Source: Mustelus asterias | Taxonomy: Eukaryota | Direction of reading: 5' to 3' | Assembly: GCF_964213995.1 (NCBI RefSeq) | Contig: NC_135830.1 | Coordinates: 7,254,001 to 7,318,000, forward strand | DNA length: 64,000 bases | Shown here: positions 13,118 to 25,905 of the stretch, piece after piece | Position numbering within the stretch: position 1 is the stretch's first letter | Layout: each line of letters opens with the position of its first letter | Position numbers and translations under genes: made by a program | The notes under the pieces: model-generated | Database searches by the model: none | What the model was told of the DNA's origin: nothing | The model's input: only the letters and a program-made list of their open reading frames with translations

Positions 13118-15908
13118 GTATAGTATCGCTGCAACATATTCATTATATAATTGAACACCTTTTTGTCTGAAGCGGGTCTGAAAATTAATGTCTTGATTAG
13201 ATGAAGGCAATGGCATTGTGTTTAGCAGTGACATTATGATCCCAGGGAGCATGCATTCACCTTGGAAGGACGGTGTTAGCTGCATCGATTCACCTGGACG
13301 GTTCCGGATCTGCCAGGTTTAAGTCAGAAGAAGATTTTGCTTCTTTTTTATTTCCTGGGCATGGAGATTGAGAGATGTGTAGGTTGTTTGAATAAGTCGT
13401 GGTAGAGGAAAAGATGTATCCTTATCCACGCTGGTGTACATGTTCAGAACAAAGAGGTGAGACCTGAAATTTAGAGGACGCAGTTCAGCTGTGATGTCAG
13501 AATATTTTGCCTCAAAGGGAGAAATTATCTGGAACTCGTCTGCGCTCCTCCAAGACCTCCATCACCCCTCCCCACTCCATTCTTAATCATTCAATCCTCG
13601 TATGACCGAAATATTGAAGGAAATACTAAAGCAGAAATCTTGCGCATCTATATATGACTAAAATATGGAGGGCTCAGAAAATGTGACTAGAAGCTGCCGC
13701 TTTTCTTACTGTCTAAGAATTCGCTAACTGTTCTGTCAATGGCAAAGGAATTAGAATGCCACCAGCTAACAAGTATGGTTGCATTACTTGGATATAATTG
13801 ATCTTTTTTGTATCATGCTATCTTTATTTTATATCCAACTCGATATTAAATCAAGCTAATTGCTTTAGTTCCAAAATTATGCCGCTCCTCACTGAATATC
13901 TCAAATATTTCAATGCCTAACTAATTTGACGAAATAATTCTTAAATTCTTAAATTAAACTGGTGGACCAATTTATGTAATGAGATTGTGATTGGTTTTAA
14001 GGAATGAACTTTCTGAAGGTAAGTATTAACCTGGAGTGTTTTTGCTTATTTTTGAGAATGAAGTGAACAACCAAATTCATTAATGATGCATTTTCCAGAG
14101 GCAGTAAATTTCACGAGTTCACTTTGATCTATCACTCTTGCTTCCACTAATTTGGATGATCACCCGCATCTCATCCCAGACAACAGTCTCTTGTACTCTC
14201 TAGAACAATCTCCCACCCCAAGTGTTCTTTCAGTTTCCGGCTAAGGAGTCTGTCCTTGGTGTCTCCAGCACTTATTCTTTCCTGAAGTCTCGTTCACAGG
14301 TTTAAACATTCAACCGATCCTATGCATTATTCATTGAAATTCCAGATTGTTCCGTCATTCCATATCCATCCCCTCATACTTACTCAATCACCCGTTTTGA
14401 AAATCCGTTTAAAATCCAGAAGTTTACTTCCTCCAATCTATATTCTGGCTCCATTGAGGCTGATCTTTGTTGGTTCTGAATGTCTTTTGACGCGACTTTC
14501 TACTTAAGTCAGGATTTTCATTTGTTGCTGAATGATCTCAATTTATTTGGGACTTGAGATTTTTTCCATAATGATAGTATGCCTTGCATCAGGAGTTTGG
14601 ATCATATCCATGACGACGAGAAAGGATATATGGAGTAGTGCATTTCAGATGTGATTGTTTCGAATAAGCAGTTAAATCAATGTGTCAGTCAACATAAATG
14701 TATATGGGGATGCGAACTGGAGTAGTCTATTCGCCCTTTGAGCCCGCTATGCCAGTCAATAAGTCCATAACTCGTCCTCAACCTTAACTCGCACTTAATT
14801 ATTTAATCCCCTTCAAACACATAAACATGCCGACATTTACCTTAAACCTACTCAACGACTGAGAATGTGGCACAGATCTCTGGGTACTGAGTGCCAAAGA
14901 TTCACACCCTTGTGCTCAAGGAAATATTTCCGCTTCACTTTCCAAAACGACCAACACCTATTGTGAGAAGTTGATCTCGTACTCAATGAACAGAAACATT
15001 TTCTCATCGTGGAACCTGGCAAGTACGTAAATGATTTTATGTCTTTCAAACAATCATCTCCCGGAACCTGCCTGCAGGAGCTTCGTGGCTGCAATCCAAG
15101 GAAGATCTACCATTTATTCCATCAAGAGGACACAATGGCAGCCCATATTCGAAATGTGATCTCACTAATGCTTTCTATAATTTGAGTCATAAACATTTAC
15201 TTTTATGTCTCATCCATTTGTCGACAAAGACAACATTAGCCTTCCTAATTACTTGCTGTATCTGTGCATTGAAATTTTGTAATTTGTTTACAAGGACATC
15301 ATTTTCCCCTTAATGTACACAATTTCAATTCTCGCACCAGTCCCAAATATTTTCTTTTGTTTCTCTCCACCAAAGTGAATAACTTCGCACTTCAAACTTT
15401 GCCTCCTATATGCGATGTTCCTGAACTGCTGCAAAACTATTGCTCTTTGCACCTCCAGGGTACCCATTCCCGTCTCACATTTTATCATCAGCCAACTTAC
15501 CGGTGTTGCACTCAAGCGCCCTATTAAATTCACTGACAAGAATTCCACATAAGTTAGGCGTTTGTTCTGTTTATTGTGGTGCATTATTCGTTACAGCCGA
15601 CTCTCCATTTTCTACGCATTAGTGAATTCTCAGTTCAGCTTAATATATTACAAACAGTACAATAAATGCAATTTTAGTGCATTAATTCCGTGGCAGTAAA
15701 AATAAAGTCAAATACATAATGCCAATGAGTTCGTTCTTACCGATTTTACGAGTAATGTTTTCAAAATTCTTAAGAGCATTGCTGGGACTGGTTTCTCTTC
15801 ATTTTCGTATTCAATCTGCTTAATCAGCTTGTGTATTTTAAAGTGCCCTATTACCAAGATCCTAACGATAAACTGTAGCATTGTACCGACTATGCTCATT
15901 GATTAGAC

Positions 15909-18201
15909 CAGTGGTTCCCAAATTTAATTCACTGGGCCACACTTTCGGAATAAAAATTTGCTCGCACCACACCGATTTTCTTATTGATAAGAAATACATT
16001 ACATTCAAAAACAAAAAAAACCCAACTCCTAGCAGTGCTTGATTCATAACATAGAACACAACTATTTTATAATATGATCATGGGACATCCAGAAATTATT
16101 AAACAATGCAACTACATAAAAACATGATTCATTCCCAAAATATACTTATAGACGAGCCTCTTACATCTGTAACCTTAAGTAAGTATACAAACTCAATGAG
16201 AGGTGTGAGCTTGTTTTTGTCGGGTAATCTCATTTATGTTAGGTCTAATTTGAGACAAACAAACTCTCATCTCCTCCTCAACACAAAGAAGCCTTTCTCT
16301 TTCCTGGTCTTTGATATTTGTCCGAGCTGAAAATCCCTGTTCACAACAATATGTCATGGAGAACTGTAGAGGAATAGCTAATGCTCTTGAAGAGATGGGT
16401 GGATACTGTTTCTGGTTGTATATCCAAAAAAGAGTTCAGTGGCATACTCCCGTGTTTCATTTTCAAGATGCGATCACTCGAAATGCAGGCCATTTCCTCC
16501 TCATCATCCAATGTCAGACCTGAACAGCTGGAATTCGCAAAGGGGTCTCTAACCCAGTCGACTTTTTCTGCAGACAACGAGGGGAAGTAATGATCAATCT
16601 TTTCTACCAGTGTTGCAAGATGTTCCTGTATGAAGCCGTACAATTCATTGCTCGTTTTAAAACTTTTTACCAGTGGGAACATTTCGAGGTTATGCTGTAC
16701 TGCTCTTCCGAGCCAGAGCTGAAGCTTTTTTTTTGAATGCAGTTAGTTTGTTTGTAGTTGTGAGGATATTGTCATCGCGGCCTTGCATACTGGCATTGAG
16801 CACATTCAACCGGGAAAAGATATCGGCCAAATATGCCAGTTTTGCACACCAGTCATTGTCATCCAGTTGGTGGTACAATGGGTTCCCTTCTTGCTCCAAA
16901 ATTTCTCTTAATTCGTTCTTCAGTTCCAACACCCGATTTAAATTTTTTCCGCGGGACATCCAGCGAACCTCCAAGTGCAGCATTAGGCACTGATGTTTTG
17001 ATTCCATGTCTTTGCAGAGTTGAGCAAATAACCACGCGTTTAGTTGTTTTGCTTTGGTGAAGTTCACAATGCGCACAGTCTGATCTAGAACCAACTTCAA
17101 ATCAGCTACAAGCGTCTTGGTGATTAATGCCTCTCTGTGTAAAAAACAGTGAGTTGATATTACATCTGGATCTTTCTGTTTGATGAGTGCCGCCAAGCCT
17201 CTCACATTCCCTATCATACATGGCGCTCCATCCGTACAAATTCCAATACAAGAATCCCATGAAATCTCAACTGTTTCCAAATACTCAGACAAGGTTTGGA
17301 AAATATCTTGTCCTCTGCTATGTTTTTCAAGTTCCTTGCAAAATAGAAACTGTGTGATTATTTCATCATTGTGAATGAATCTGATATAGGCAAGCAACTG
17401 TGCTTTTCCACTAATGTCGGTCGAATCATCAACTTGAATGGCAAATTTAGAATTCTTCATACTTTCGGAAACACGCTTCTCATTATTAGCTGACATATCA
17501 ACTATTCTAGTGCGAATTGTATTATCAGACAAAGGAATTTCCATAACTTCTCGCTCAGCATCATCACCAAACAAAGTTTTCACAATCAAGCTGCAGGCAG
17601 GCTGAATCAATTTTTCAGCTTTTGTATGTGGTTTTGTCTGTTGAGCAATCAATTCAGCCACTTGGTAAGATACAATCTGCATCTTATCTGAGACTGCCAT
17701 TCGTTTTTCGAAATGTGATCGTTGGCATTTCTGCTGTTCCAAAAGCTTTTCAAAATATTGAACATCCTTGTTTGCCAGATTTCCACGTTTTGCAAACAGA
17801 TGTATTTTCATCTTGCATGGGACCATGTCAGTATTGGAAAGCTTCTCACCACAGATCAAACACATACGCCGAGGTACGTTTTCATCTCCCGTCCATGTGA
17901 AACCGAGACTCAGATAGCTATCCATATATTGTCGACAAACTTTATTTTTTGGAGGTTTGCTTGGGCCTGCTACTGGTGTAGAATTAAACGACTCTTCTTC
18001 AACACTCTTTTCGAACGGCGATCCTGGATCACAACGTGGACTCGGTTCGTCCTCAGCATCACATGATGCTCTTGCTCTCAATTTGGAAAAATATCTATCC
18101 ATGTTTAAATGTTTCTTTGATTGTCCTTGAATCTTCCCGCCACACTTGCCATCCTCTCTCGCCGCACCAGTGTGGCGCACTGCACCCTTTGGGAACCACT
18201 G
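15909..18201 (-). mobile_element. Full-length hAT (Buster/ZBED5-like) DNA transposon inside the GPCR-B intron
   Basis: Perfect 14-bp TIRs CAGTGGTTCCCAAA (15909-15922) and TTTGGGAACCACTG (18188-18201); perfect 8-bp TSD GATTAGAC (15901-15908, 18202-18209) with the central TA typical of Buster elements. Confidence 0.95.
16193..18102 (-). pseudogene. Buster-type hAT transposase, frameshifted
   Basis: Starts MDRYFSK; BED-like CLIC region; IQVDDSTD, CTDGAP, HCFLHREAL, EVRWMSRG and TYCCEQGFS (catalytic E) motifs; ends KQAHTSH*. Frame is broken at the T-run near 16726-16734 and again further downstream. Confidence 0.9.
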
Positions 18202-18921
18202 GATTAGACTAACCAGTCCACTGTTCATTGTTTTCTCTCTTCACCTTTACTTGATAATAAATAACTTGCTCCCATCTAATGATTGGTATAAAAATTAATC
18301 GCTGAATTGAAGAAGACTTTGCAGGCCTGAAGCTCAGGTCAATATGATGTTTACAACTATACTTGGATTGCTTAATTGATTCGGTATTGATTGTGGTTCG
18401 TGGCTCTGCCAAAGAGATGTTGAGGTTCTAACAGTGAAGCGGTTCTAATCTATCGAGAAACATTTCTGTGGTGAGGATGGGGTTGGAGATGGACGTCGCG
18501 AGAGCGCTGGTTGCAGCCAAAGAAAGTTTTATAATCTTCTTTTGATTCGTGAAATGTTTATTTTTTTTTGCTTTCAGCATTATTTCATCTGTTACTTTGC
18601 CTTTTACGTGTACTTACTTGTAATTGTGTTATAATTTCATGCACCTGTCATTCATCTATTTGATTCATCATTATACAATCGACATATAAAAGCGGAATCG
18701 CCAGCAATTATTAATTGTTTTCTGTTTCCCCTTGATTGAATACTGTGCGTCGATTATATGTGAGCCTGTGCCGACCTCACCTTCTTCTTGGTTGGTTGTA
18801 ACAGTTCTCCTCACTTCAAGTACCGGAGCTATTACATTTATGGAATTTTTACCGATACGTTTACTGCTCTTTAGTGTGTATTATTTAACCATTCATCACC
18901 TTCTCCCCCTCTTCCCTACAG

Positions 18922-19823
18922 TGAACATAGTGACGATTGTGATCCTGTCCAGAGGAAGATGTGGTCTCTCCAGATGCATTACTCGGTACCTCGTATTTAT
19001 GGCAGTGACAGATCTCTGGGTCATTGTTACCGCTGTAATATTAAACCGAATTCCTGGTATTTATTTTCCAGGTAGTTTTTTGTCCATCACTCCAGTGTGT
19101 AGTGTCAATATTGCACTGACGTATGCAGCCAGGGTCTGCTCTGTCTGGTTAACAGTCGCTTTCACGTTTGATAGATTTGTTGCCATTTGTTGCCAGAAGC
19201 TGAAAACAGAATATTGCACCGAAAAAACAGCAGCTATTGTCATAGGATTGATCTGTGCACTGGGTTGTTTAACCAATATTCCTTGGTACTTTATACACGA
19301 ACCTTTCTACATCGTTGACAATGTACCCTGGTATTGCAGACTTAATTATATCCGTTTTACTTCTCCTGCCTGGACAGCATTTGATTGGTTCGATCATCTT
19401 TTAACCCCATGTCTCCCATTCCTTCTGATTGTTTTGCTTAATGCGCTGACTGTGAGGAACATTCTGGTGGCCAATAAAGCACGCAGGAGACTCCGTGACA
19501 AGAACAATGGAGAGAATCATAATGACCCAGAAATGGAATGCCGCAGGAAATCCATTGTCTTACTGTTCGCTATTTCTGGTAGTTTCATCCTTCTCTGGAT
19601 GACGTATGTTGTACAGTTCTTGTATGAGCGATTTACGAATGATTATAAAGTCAATGGCTTCAGTGACCCCAAATTTATCCTCATTGAGTCTTCAAATATG
19701 CTCCAGCTTTTGAGTTGCTGCACAAACACATTTATTTATGCTGTAACTCAAAGTAAATTCAGGGATCAGTTAAAGGCTTTGCTCCACGACTCCCTGAATG
19801 TAATATGCCATCTGGTTAAATGA
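18922..19823 (+). CDS. GPR139/GPR142-like orphan GPCR, copy B, exon 2 (spliced protein 323 aa)
   Basis: Acceptor ttccctacag| at 18921; open to TGA at 19823. Shows a 7TM pattern with LVFMAVTDL (TM2), FTFDRFVAIC (TM3), LTPCLPF (TM5), FILLWMT (TM6) and SCCTNTFIYAVTQSKFR (TM7/helix 8). The ORF-track start at 18732 is intronic read-through. Confidence 0.92.
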
Positions 19824-22524
19824 TGACAGGAATAAATTAAATACATAACTCTGTCCTATATGAATATCATTGCTATCTTCTACATTTAGCAAGCACTATA
19901 ATTTACATGATTTCATATTGGTTAACGTGAACAGGAACCATATTTCTGCTTTGAGTCCTGCACAGACAGAACCGCTGTGGACATAATTGTAAACGTGATC
20001 CCACAATACGAGAATGAGCCACATATATCTGTGAGATTGATCTGGCGAATTTCTGTGGCCAGTCATTCAAATGTCATGAGTTATTTACAGTTGACCTTCC
20101 TTAATCAGTGACAGCAGCAATCCAATGAAATAAGAGGTTACCTTGCACTGGGGACAAAGAACATCTAAATTTACTGACACGTGATCTACCTGGAGCATAG
20201 AGACCACTAGTCTAATTCACTGATTGTTTACTGTATTCCATCAGAGAGAGAAATGTCCCAATTTATTGGCCGCTGAACATTTTGTACCGGCTCAAGGAAA
20301 AAAAGTCCCTATTAGCTGAACCTTATTTCCTTCTTCCAAAGAAAAAGTACATCAGATAGGTCTTTTTGACGCCAATCAACGGCCTGATCAATATTAGTAC
20401 GGCTAACTTTTATTCTAGGTTCTGTTCATTCAATTTAAACCGGACTAACTGGCATGTGGGCATTAACCTCAGGTCTACATCGTAATCATACAGTAAGTAA
20501 TATAATGAAGAAGAGGTCATTAGGCCCATTGGGTCTGCACAGCAAAGTAGACTATATCTTCACTTTTGAGCACTTGGTCCAGCGCCTTTATTGTTATGAT
20601 ATGCCATGTGATCATCCACATAAATTTTAACGGTTTGGAGGTTTTTTGCTTCTACGACACTCCCAGGCAATGACTGCCAGCAGTGTTTGGGTGAAATATT
20701 GTTCCTTAAAACACATTTGAGCCTCCTACCCCTCGCCTTAAAAAGCCGCTTCTCCTTTTTGACCCTTCAACTAAGCGGAATAGTTGTTTCCTATCCACCC
20801 TGTCCATTCTCCTCACAATCTTTTAGACGTTAATCTGATCTCTCATCAGCCTACTCTGCCCTAAAGAGAACAACCCGAGCCTATCAGATACTCAATTCCT
20901 GGCCCATCCCGTTGAAACTCCTGGCAGCCTCTCCCGTGCAAGCATGTCCTTCCTATATTCAGATGACCAGAACTTCATAAATTACTGCATTCGTCGCCTA
21001 ACTGAAGTTCTGCACTGCTGTAAAATAACCTCCATGGTCGTATAACTTATCCCACGACTGCTGAAGACAGGACTCCCGTATCCCTTTTAAACTATCCTCA
21101 TAAGCTGTCCTGCTGCTTTCACGGATCTGTGGACCAACACTCGTAGAACCCTCTGTTCCTCTTAGATTCCTAGTGCCCTGTGATAAATTGAGTACCATCT
21201 TGTGTTGTTCCTTCCAAGGTGTAGTTTCCGCATCTCAACTGCTGGTCTAGTGACATTACCACCGCACCACCATCTCCTTCTCATCACTCTTGCCTTCAGC
21301 CCCTCCCATCCCTGTTCACTTCGATTTTTACGTGTATTAAATCTGATTTGTGTTCAAACATTCCCTTTCTGAATTCAGCTTTTGTTCTCAAATGTACTAA
21401 GGATATAAGATGTACCGTACAGCCAGACATGCAACACCCTATCAGATGTTACTGAGAATAATTCGATATTCTTAACATTAGTTTTATATGAAAACATTAA
21501 ACTTGGGGTTCCTGTTGAAGGGAGATTTGAAGAATAGGTTTAGGGGGAACAATATCCTTGGTTTAGGTGCGTGTATAACAATTTATATTCAAAGGTACCT
21601 GTTAGCAATTTATATTAGTAGGAATAAATAATATATAATAAATATGTATGAATTTACTGTTATACGATCACAAAGGGCATGCATGAAATCTCCACCATGT
21701 TAACAGGAGCTCAGGATGGTAATACGACACAAGATGAATGCTAGCTTTTAGCCACATTCGTGAACACCATGAACTGGGTCGAGCATAAGCTTGTGTACAA
21801 TAAACCACAGATACTGTTGACTGGTACCAGTCTATGATCTGAGGCCTCGGATGAAAACCAGACGCGGAACATTAGGGAGGACAGTCATGGGAGATGATAA
21901 GCTATGAAGCCATGAAGCTATAATTGATTGTTGGGAAACGCCTCTGCCGAACTCTATTATATCGGGAAGGAAATGTACCATCTTTGTTTGCCCTGTCCTA
22001 AATGCCACTCCACGAGTGGTTGCTTCTTAACACTACTTTGAAATGGCCGAGCAATCCTCTAAGTTCATGGCAAATGCAACAATTGCTTATTTTGTCACCG
22101 TTGCCCCTGTCTCATGAAATGGCACTGTACAAGGAGTATTGTACACTCAAGAACTCCAGATGGGAGAAAGAAAGATAATATTGACTGAGGTACCATGAGT
22201 CGTGTCCATGAGTCGAGCTGATGATGCACAAGCCCACCTTACGTAATGCCCTTTTAATTGGATATATGACTGCTGTATGTAATCTGTAATCAATGTTATT
22301 GGACGAGGTACAGCCATGATCGGCTGTGTAGATGTTTGAAAAATGTATAAGAATGGATGCTTTTCCTTTGTTCGTCAGAGAGAGGCACTGGGTTCAACAG
22401 AAGCCATCTCCCCGCCGGCGAAAATAAATCGTTTGATGCGAGGACCAACCATGAGCGTTGAGTGATTTCTTTGAGAGTCTCTCCCGCGAACAGGCCAAAT
22501 GGTATATTCTATTTCGGCAGATTC

Positions 22525-22770
22525 TGCAGAATGCAAAACTCAGAACAAACTCTGCCCAGAGAACCAGGGAGAGAATGTTAATGTGCAGAAAGAACTTGAA
22601 ATTGTCAGAAAGCCGGAAGAGGCAGTTCCCAGTGAGTAACAGTAAAACCACTGCGAAAAATGAACAGACTGAACTCAACCGACAACAGAGAGATATGTTC
22701 CCATGATTACAAGACACCCAAACAACACAAAGTGAATGTCAACATAAAATGAAACTGACTGGAAATATTT
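22525..22770 (+). repeat. Left arm of a diverged inverted repeat pair (partner 25906-26165)
   Basis: 'actctgcccagaga...gaaattgtcagaaagccggaagaggcag...gagtaacagtaaaaccactgcg' aligns to the reverse complement of 25906-26165; both translate KLSESRKRQxPxSNxKTTA. Confidence 0.8.
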
Positions 22771-23359
22771 CTATTGCAATCGAATGCGAGATGCAATATT
22801 TCGCATAGATAGAAGATAAACAAACAGATGAAAAGGGAAGCATAGACTCCCAGGAAGTGTTAAACCGAAATAAACTAATGACATTTGACATCGATGTGCA
22901 GCATCGTTCGGCCCCTTTGGAATTGATGAATCACATTAATACTCTGTTGGATCTTGCTCTGCTCGGTGATGGAACACCGCTGGGTTACCCTCGGACAATC
23001 ATTTCTGTAAACGGATTGCCTCACTGATAATCAACTTTCCTTTGTGTTTGTCTGTCAGTAAGGAAAATAGAAACTGAAATGTAGAATACATCATAGGGTC
23101 ATACAGCGCGGGAGAATGACATTCGGCCCTTCTGGTAGATGTTGCCCCTTTAGAAATGAAATCCAACTCTTCCTAATGCCCATAAATGTTTCCCCATAAC
23201 CCTGTTTACCTTTCCTGTGCCAGTACTTAATCATAACCAGTTAGTAATTCACTGTTGAATCTGCTCCCAACCACTCATTCTGATACTGCAATCCAGAGCA
23301 GAAATACTTGCTGTGTAATATAAAATATCATGTCAGTCCTCACTGGTTTGTATTGTAAT

Positions 23360-23592
23360 CACAGTAAGAAGTCTCACAACACCAGGTTAAAGTCCAACAG
23401 GTTTATTTGGTAGCAAATACCATAAGCTTACGGAGCACTGCTCCTTCGTCAGATGGAGTGGATGAAGGAGGAGCAGCGCTCCGAAAGCTAATGGTATTTG
23501 CTACCAAATAAACCTGTTGGACTTTAACCTGGTGTTGTGAGACATCTTACTGTGCTTACCCCAGTCCAACGCCGGCATCTCCACATCATGAC
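23360..23592. mobile_element. Palindromic Penelope-derived hairpin insert with hammerhead-like cores
   Basis: Inverted arms 'acagtaagaagtctcacaacaccaggttaaagtccaacaggtttatttggtagcaaatacca' and its reverse complement; TSD-like TTGTATT(G/A)TAAT at 23348-23359 and 23593-23604; same terminus as the Penelope at 28202. Confidence 0.8.
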
Positions 23593-23731
23593 TTGTATTA
23601 TAATAACAGTGAATATAGTTCCATCAGATTTAACATAATAGCAGTAACGCAAAAGAATAGATTTGTTCCTGTGTTTTCCACATTTCAAGGGTAGAAAAGT
23701 GGATAAACCCTCCATTTTTTTAATCCTCCAG

Positions 23732-25270
23732 ATTCCAGTTCCCTGGTGTCCAAGAACCCGTCCCTTCAAACCTCTGCAGCCGTTTACACGGTTGCTCTAA
23801 GATGTGAATATTCAGGAATCTGTCAGTACATAATACACTGGCACAGTCAGTCCCCAGGACAGACTCCGAAATGCCTGCTTCAGACACACTCTTCAGGAAC
23901 GGAAAGTAAAGAAAACGCTGCCGGGGGGATAATTTCTGCTTAGAGTCATAGAGTCATAGAAGTTTACAGCATGGAAACAGGCATTCAGCATGCTTGGTTT
24001 CATTGGTCAGAACATTGAATACAGGATTGGGACATCTTGTTGAAGTTGCACAAGACATTGATAAGGCCACACTTGGAATATTGTATACAGTTCTGGTCAT
24101 CCTATTACAGAAAGGATATTATTAAACTAGAGAGAATGCAGAAAAGATTTACTCGGATGCGACCAGGGCTTGATGGTTTGGGTTATAAGGAGAGGCAGGA
24201 TAGACTGGGACTTTTTTTCTCTGGAGCGTAGAAGGCTGAGGGGTGATCTTATAGAGGTCTATAAAATAATGAGGCGCAAAGATCAGCTAGATAGTCAATA
24301 CATTTTCCCAAAGGTAGGGGAGTCTAAAACTAGAGGGCATAGGTTTAAGGTGAGAGGGGAGACATTCAAAAGTGTCCAGAGGGGCATTTTTTTCACACAG
24401 AGGTGAATGCCCAACTTGCCCATGCCGCCCTTTTTTTAAACACCTAAGCTAATCACAATTGCCCCTGTTTGGCCCATATCCCACTATACCCATCTTACCC
24501 ATGTAACTGTCCAAATGTTTGAAAAACAAAATTGTACCCGCCTATACTACTACCTCTGGTAGCTTGTTCCAGACCTCTGTGTGAATACATTGCCCATCTG
24601 GACACTTTTGAATCTCTCCCCTCTCACCTTAAACCTATGACCTCTAGTTTTACACTCTCCTACCTTTGGGAAATATATGGACTATCTAGCTGATCTGTGC
24701 CCCTCATTATTTTATAGCCCTCTATAAGGTCACTCCTCAGCCTTCGACGCTCCAGAGAAATAAATTCCATTCTATCCAGCCCCTCCTTATAACTCAACCC
24801 ATCAAGTCCCGGTCGCATCCTAATGAATCTTTTCTGTACTCTTTCTTGTTTAATAATATTCTTTCTATAATGGGGTGACCAGAACTGTACACTGTATTCC
24901 AAGTGTGGCCTTACCAATGTCTTGTCGAACTTCAACAAGACGTCCCAACTCCTGTATTCAATGTTCTGACCAATGAACCCAACATGCTGAATGACTTCTT
25001 CACCACTCTGTCCACCTGTGACCCCACTTTCAAGGAGCTATGAACATGTACCCCGAGATCGCTTTGTTCTGTAACCCTCCCAACGCCCTCTCATTAACTG
25101 ACTAAGTCCTGCCCTGGTTCAATCTACCAAAATGCATCGCATCTATCTAAATTAAACTCCATTCGTCAGCCCAGAATTTCTATCGATTCTGCCGAGATGA
25201 TCAGCCGGTTAGAAATCTCCAAATTGCAACTGAACGACTCCGGTAAGTATTACTGTGCACTGAGTCGGCA
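23732..25270 (+). pseudogene. TCR-delta V segment of the NAR-TCR 'supporting V' type (no leader found, extra CDR1 Cys), split by a LINE
   Basis: Acceptor tttttttaatcctccag| at 23731. 23732-23940 encodes xSSSLVSKNPSLQTSAAVYTVALRCEYSGICQYIIHWHSQSPGQTPKCLLQTHSSGTESKENAAGGIISA and 25179-25268 encodes SIDSAEMISRLEISKLQLNDSGKYYCALSR. Canonical Cys, Trp and DSGxYYC are present plus a CDR1 Cys; an RSS follows. Confidence 0.85.
23941..25172 (-). mobile_element. CR1 3' fragment (minus strand) with a + strand CR1 fragment nested in its tail, inserted into the V exon
   Basis: (TAGAGTCA) tail at 23941; + strand ORFs 24037 and 24170 and minus ORF 24660 all encode the CR1 ORF2 C-terminus (RPHLEY...RRRLRxDLIE); imperfect AATTTCT duplication at the junctions. 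Confidence 0.85.
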
Positions 25271-25374
25271 CACAGCAGTGACACAGTAACACGGAGAGAT
25301 CTGTACAAAAACCTGAACATAGTGAGGAATACAGACACAGTGATGCAGAACACGGAGAGAGCTGCACAGACACC
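25271..25374 (+). promoter_or_regulatory. Two tandem V-type 23-RSSs
   Basis: RSS1 has a perfect nonamer ACAAAAACC (25305-25313) with a disrupted heptamer/spacer (CACAGCAGTG...). RSS2 has a perfect CACAGTG (25336-25342), exactly 23 bp, then ACAGACACC (25366-25374). The two spacers are homologous. Confidence 0.85.
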
Positions 25375-25905
25375 TGCACATGATGAGGATTGCAGACACA
25401 TGTCTGTAATCTGACTGGAGATTAAAAATCGAATATTATTGTTTGTTTAGTTATTGTTTCCACGGGGAATCATGTCATGTGGATTATTTTTGTTCTGGCA
25501 TTCCTGGCAGTTTTATTGATTTGTAACAATTTCAAACTTTATTTAATTTTAATGAAATATAACACGGTAAAGGATCAGGTGATGCCCTATTTTAAACAAC
25601 GATCTGGAATGCACTGTTTGAATGAAGGGTGAATATGGTCAACAGTAACGTTCAAACGGATAATTGGTAAGTGCTGGGGAAGGAAGACAATTGGGTCAAC
25701 GCTCCAGAGCGATGCATGGAGAGTGGAAATAATTAGATTGGACCTTTAAAAGGACAGTACCTAATCAAAGGCCGTAGTTCATCCTTCAGCGCTGTATGAT
25801 TCCACGAAGGACGTTATACTTCCAGGCAGTTACTATCAGCCTTTTTCTCTATTTGTTTGTTTATTTATTGAGTGAATTCAATTTTCTCCCTGCTTCTGGG
25901 ATTTG

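Noticed and set aside
18732-18921. ORF-track N-terminal extension of GPCR-B (MIEYCAS...)
   Set aside because: Starts at TTG and runs through a polypyrimidine tract and AG acceptor; the real N-terminus is supplied by exon 1 at 13048-13117.
21600-22400. LTR-like sequence
   Set aside because: Composition is suggestive, but I could not identify TG...CA ends, a TSD, a PBS or a second LTR.
22960-22995. GDGTPL motif upstream of the supporting V as a candidate NAR-TCR J
   Set aside because: No RSS, no correctly placed splice donor, and the downstream residues are not J-like.
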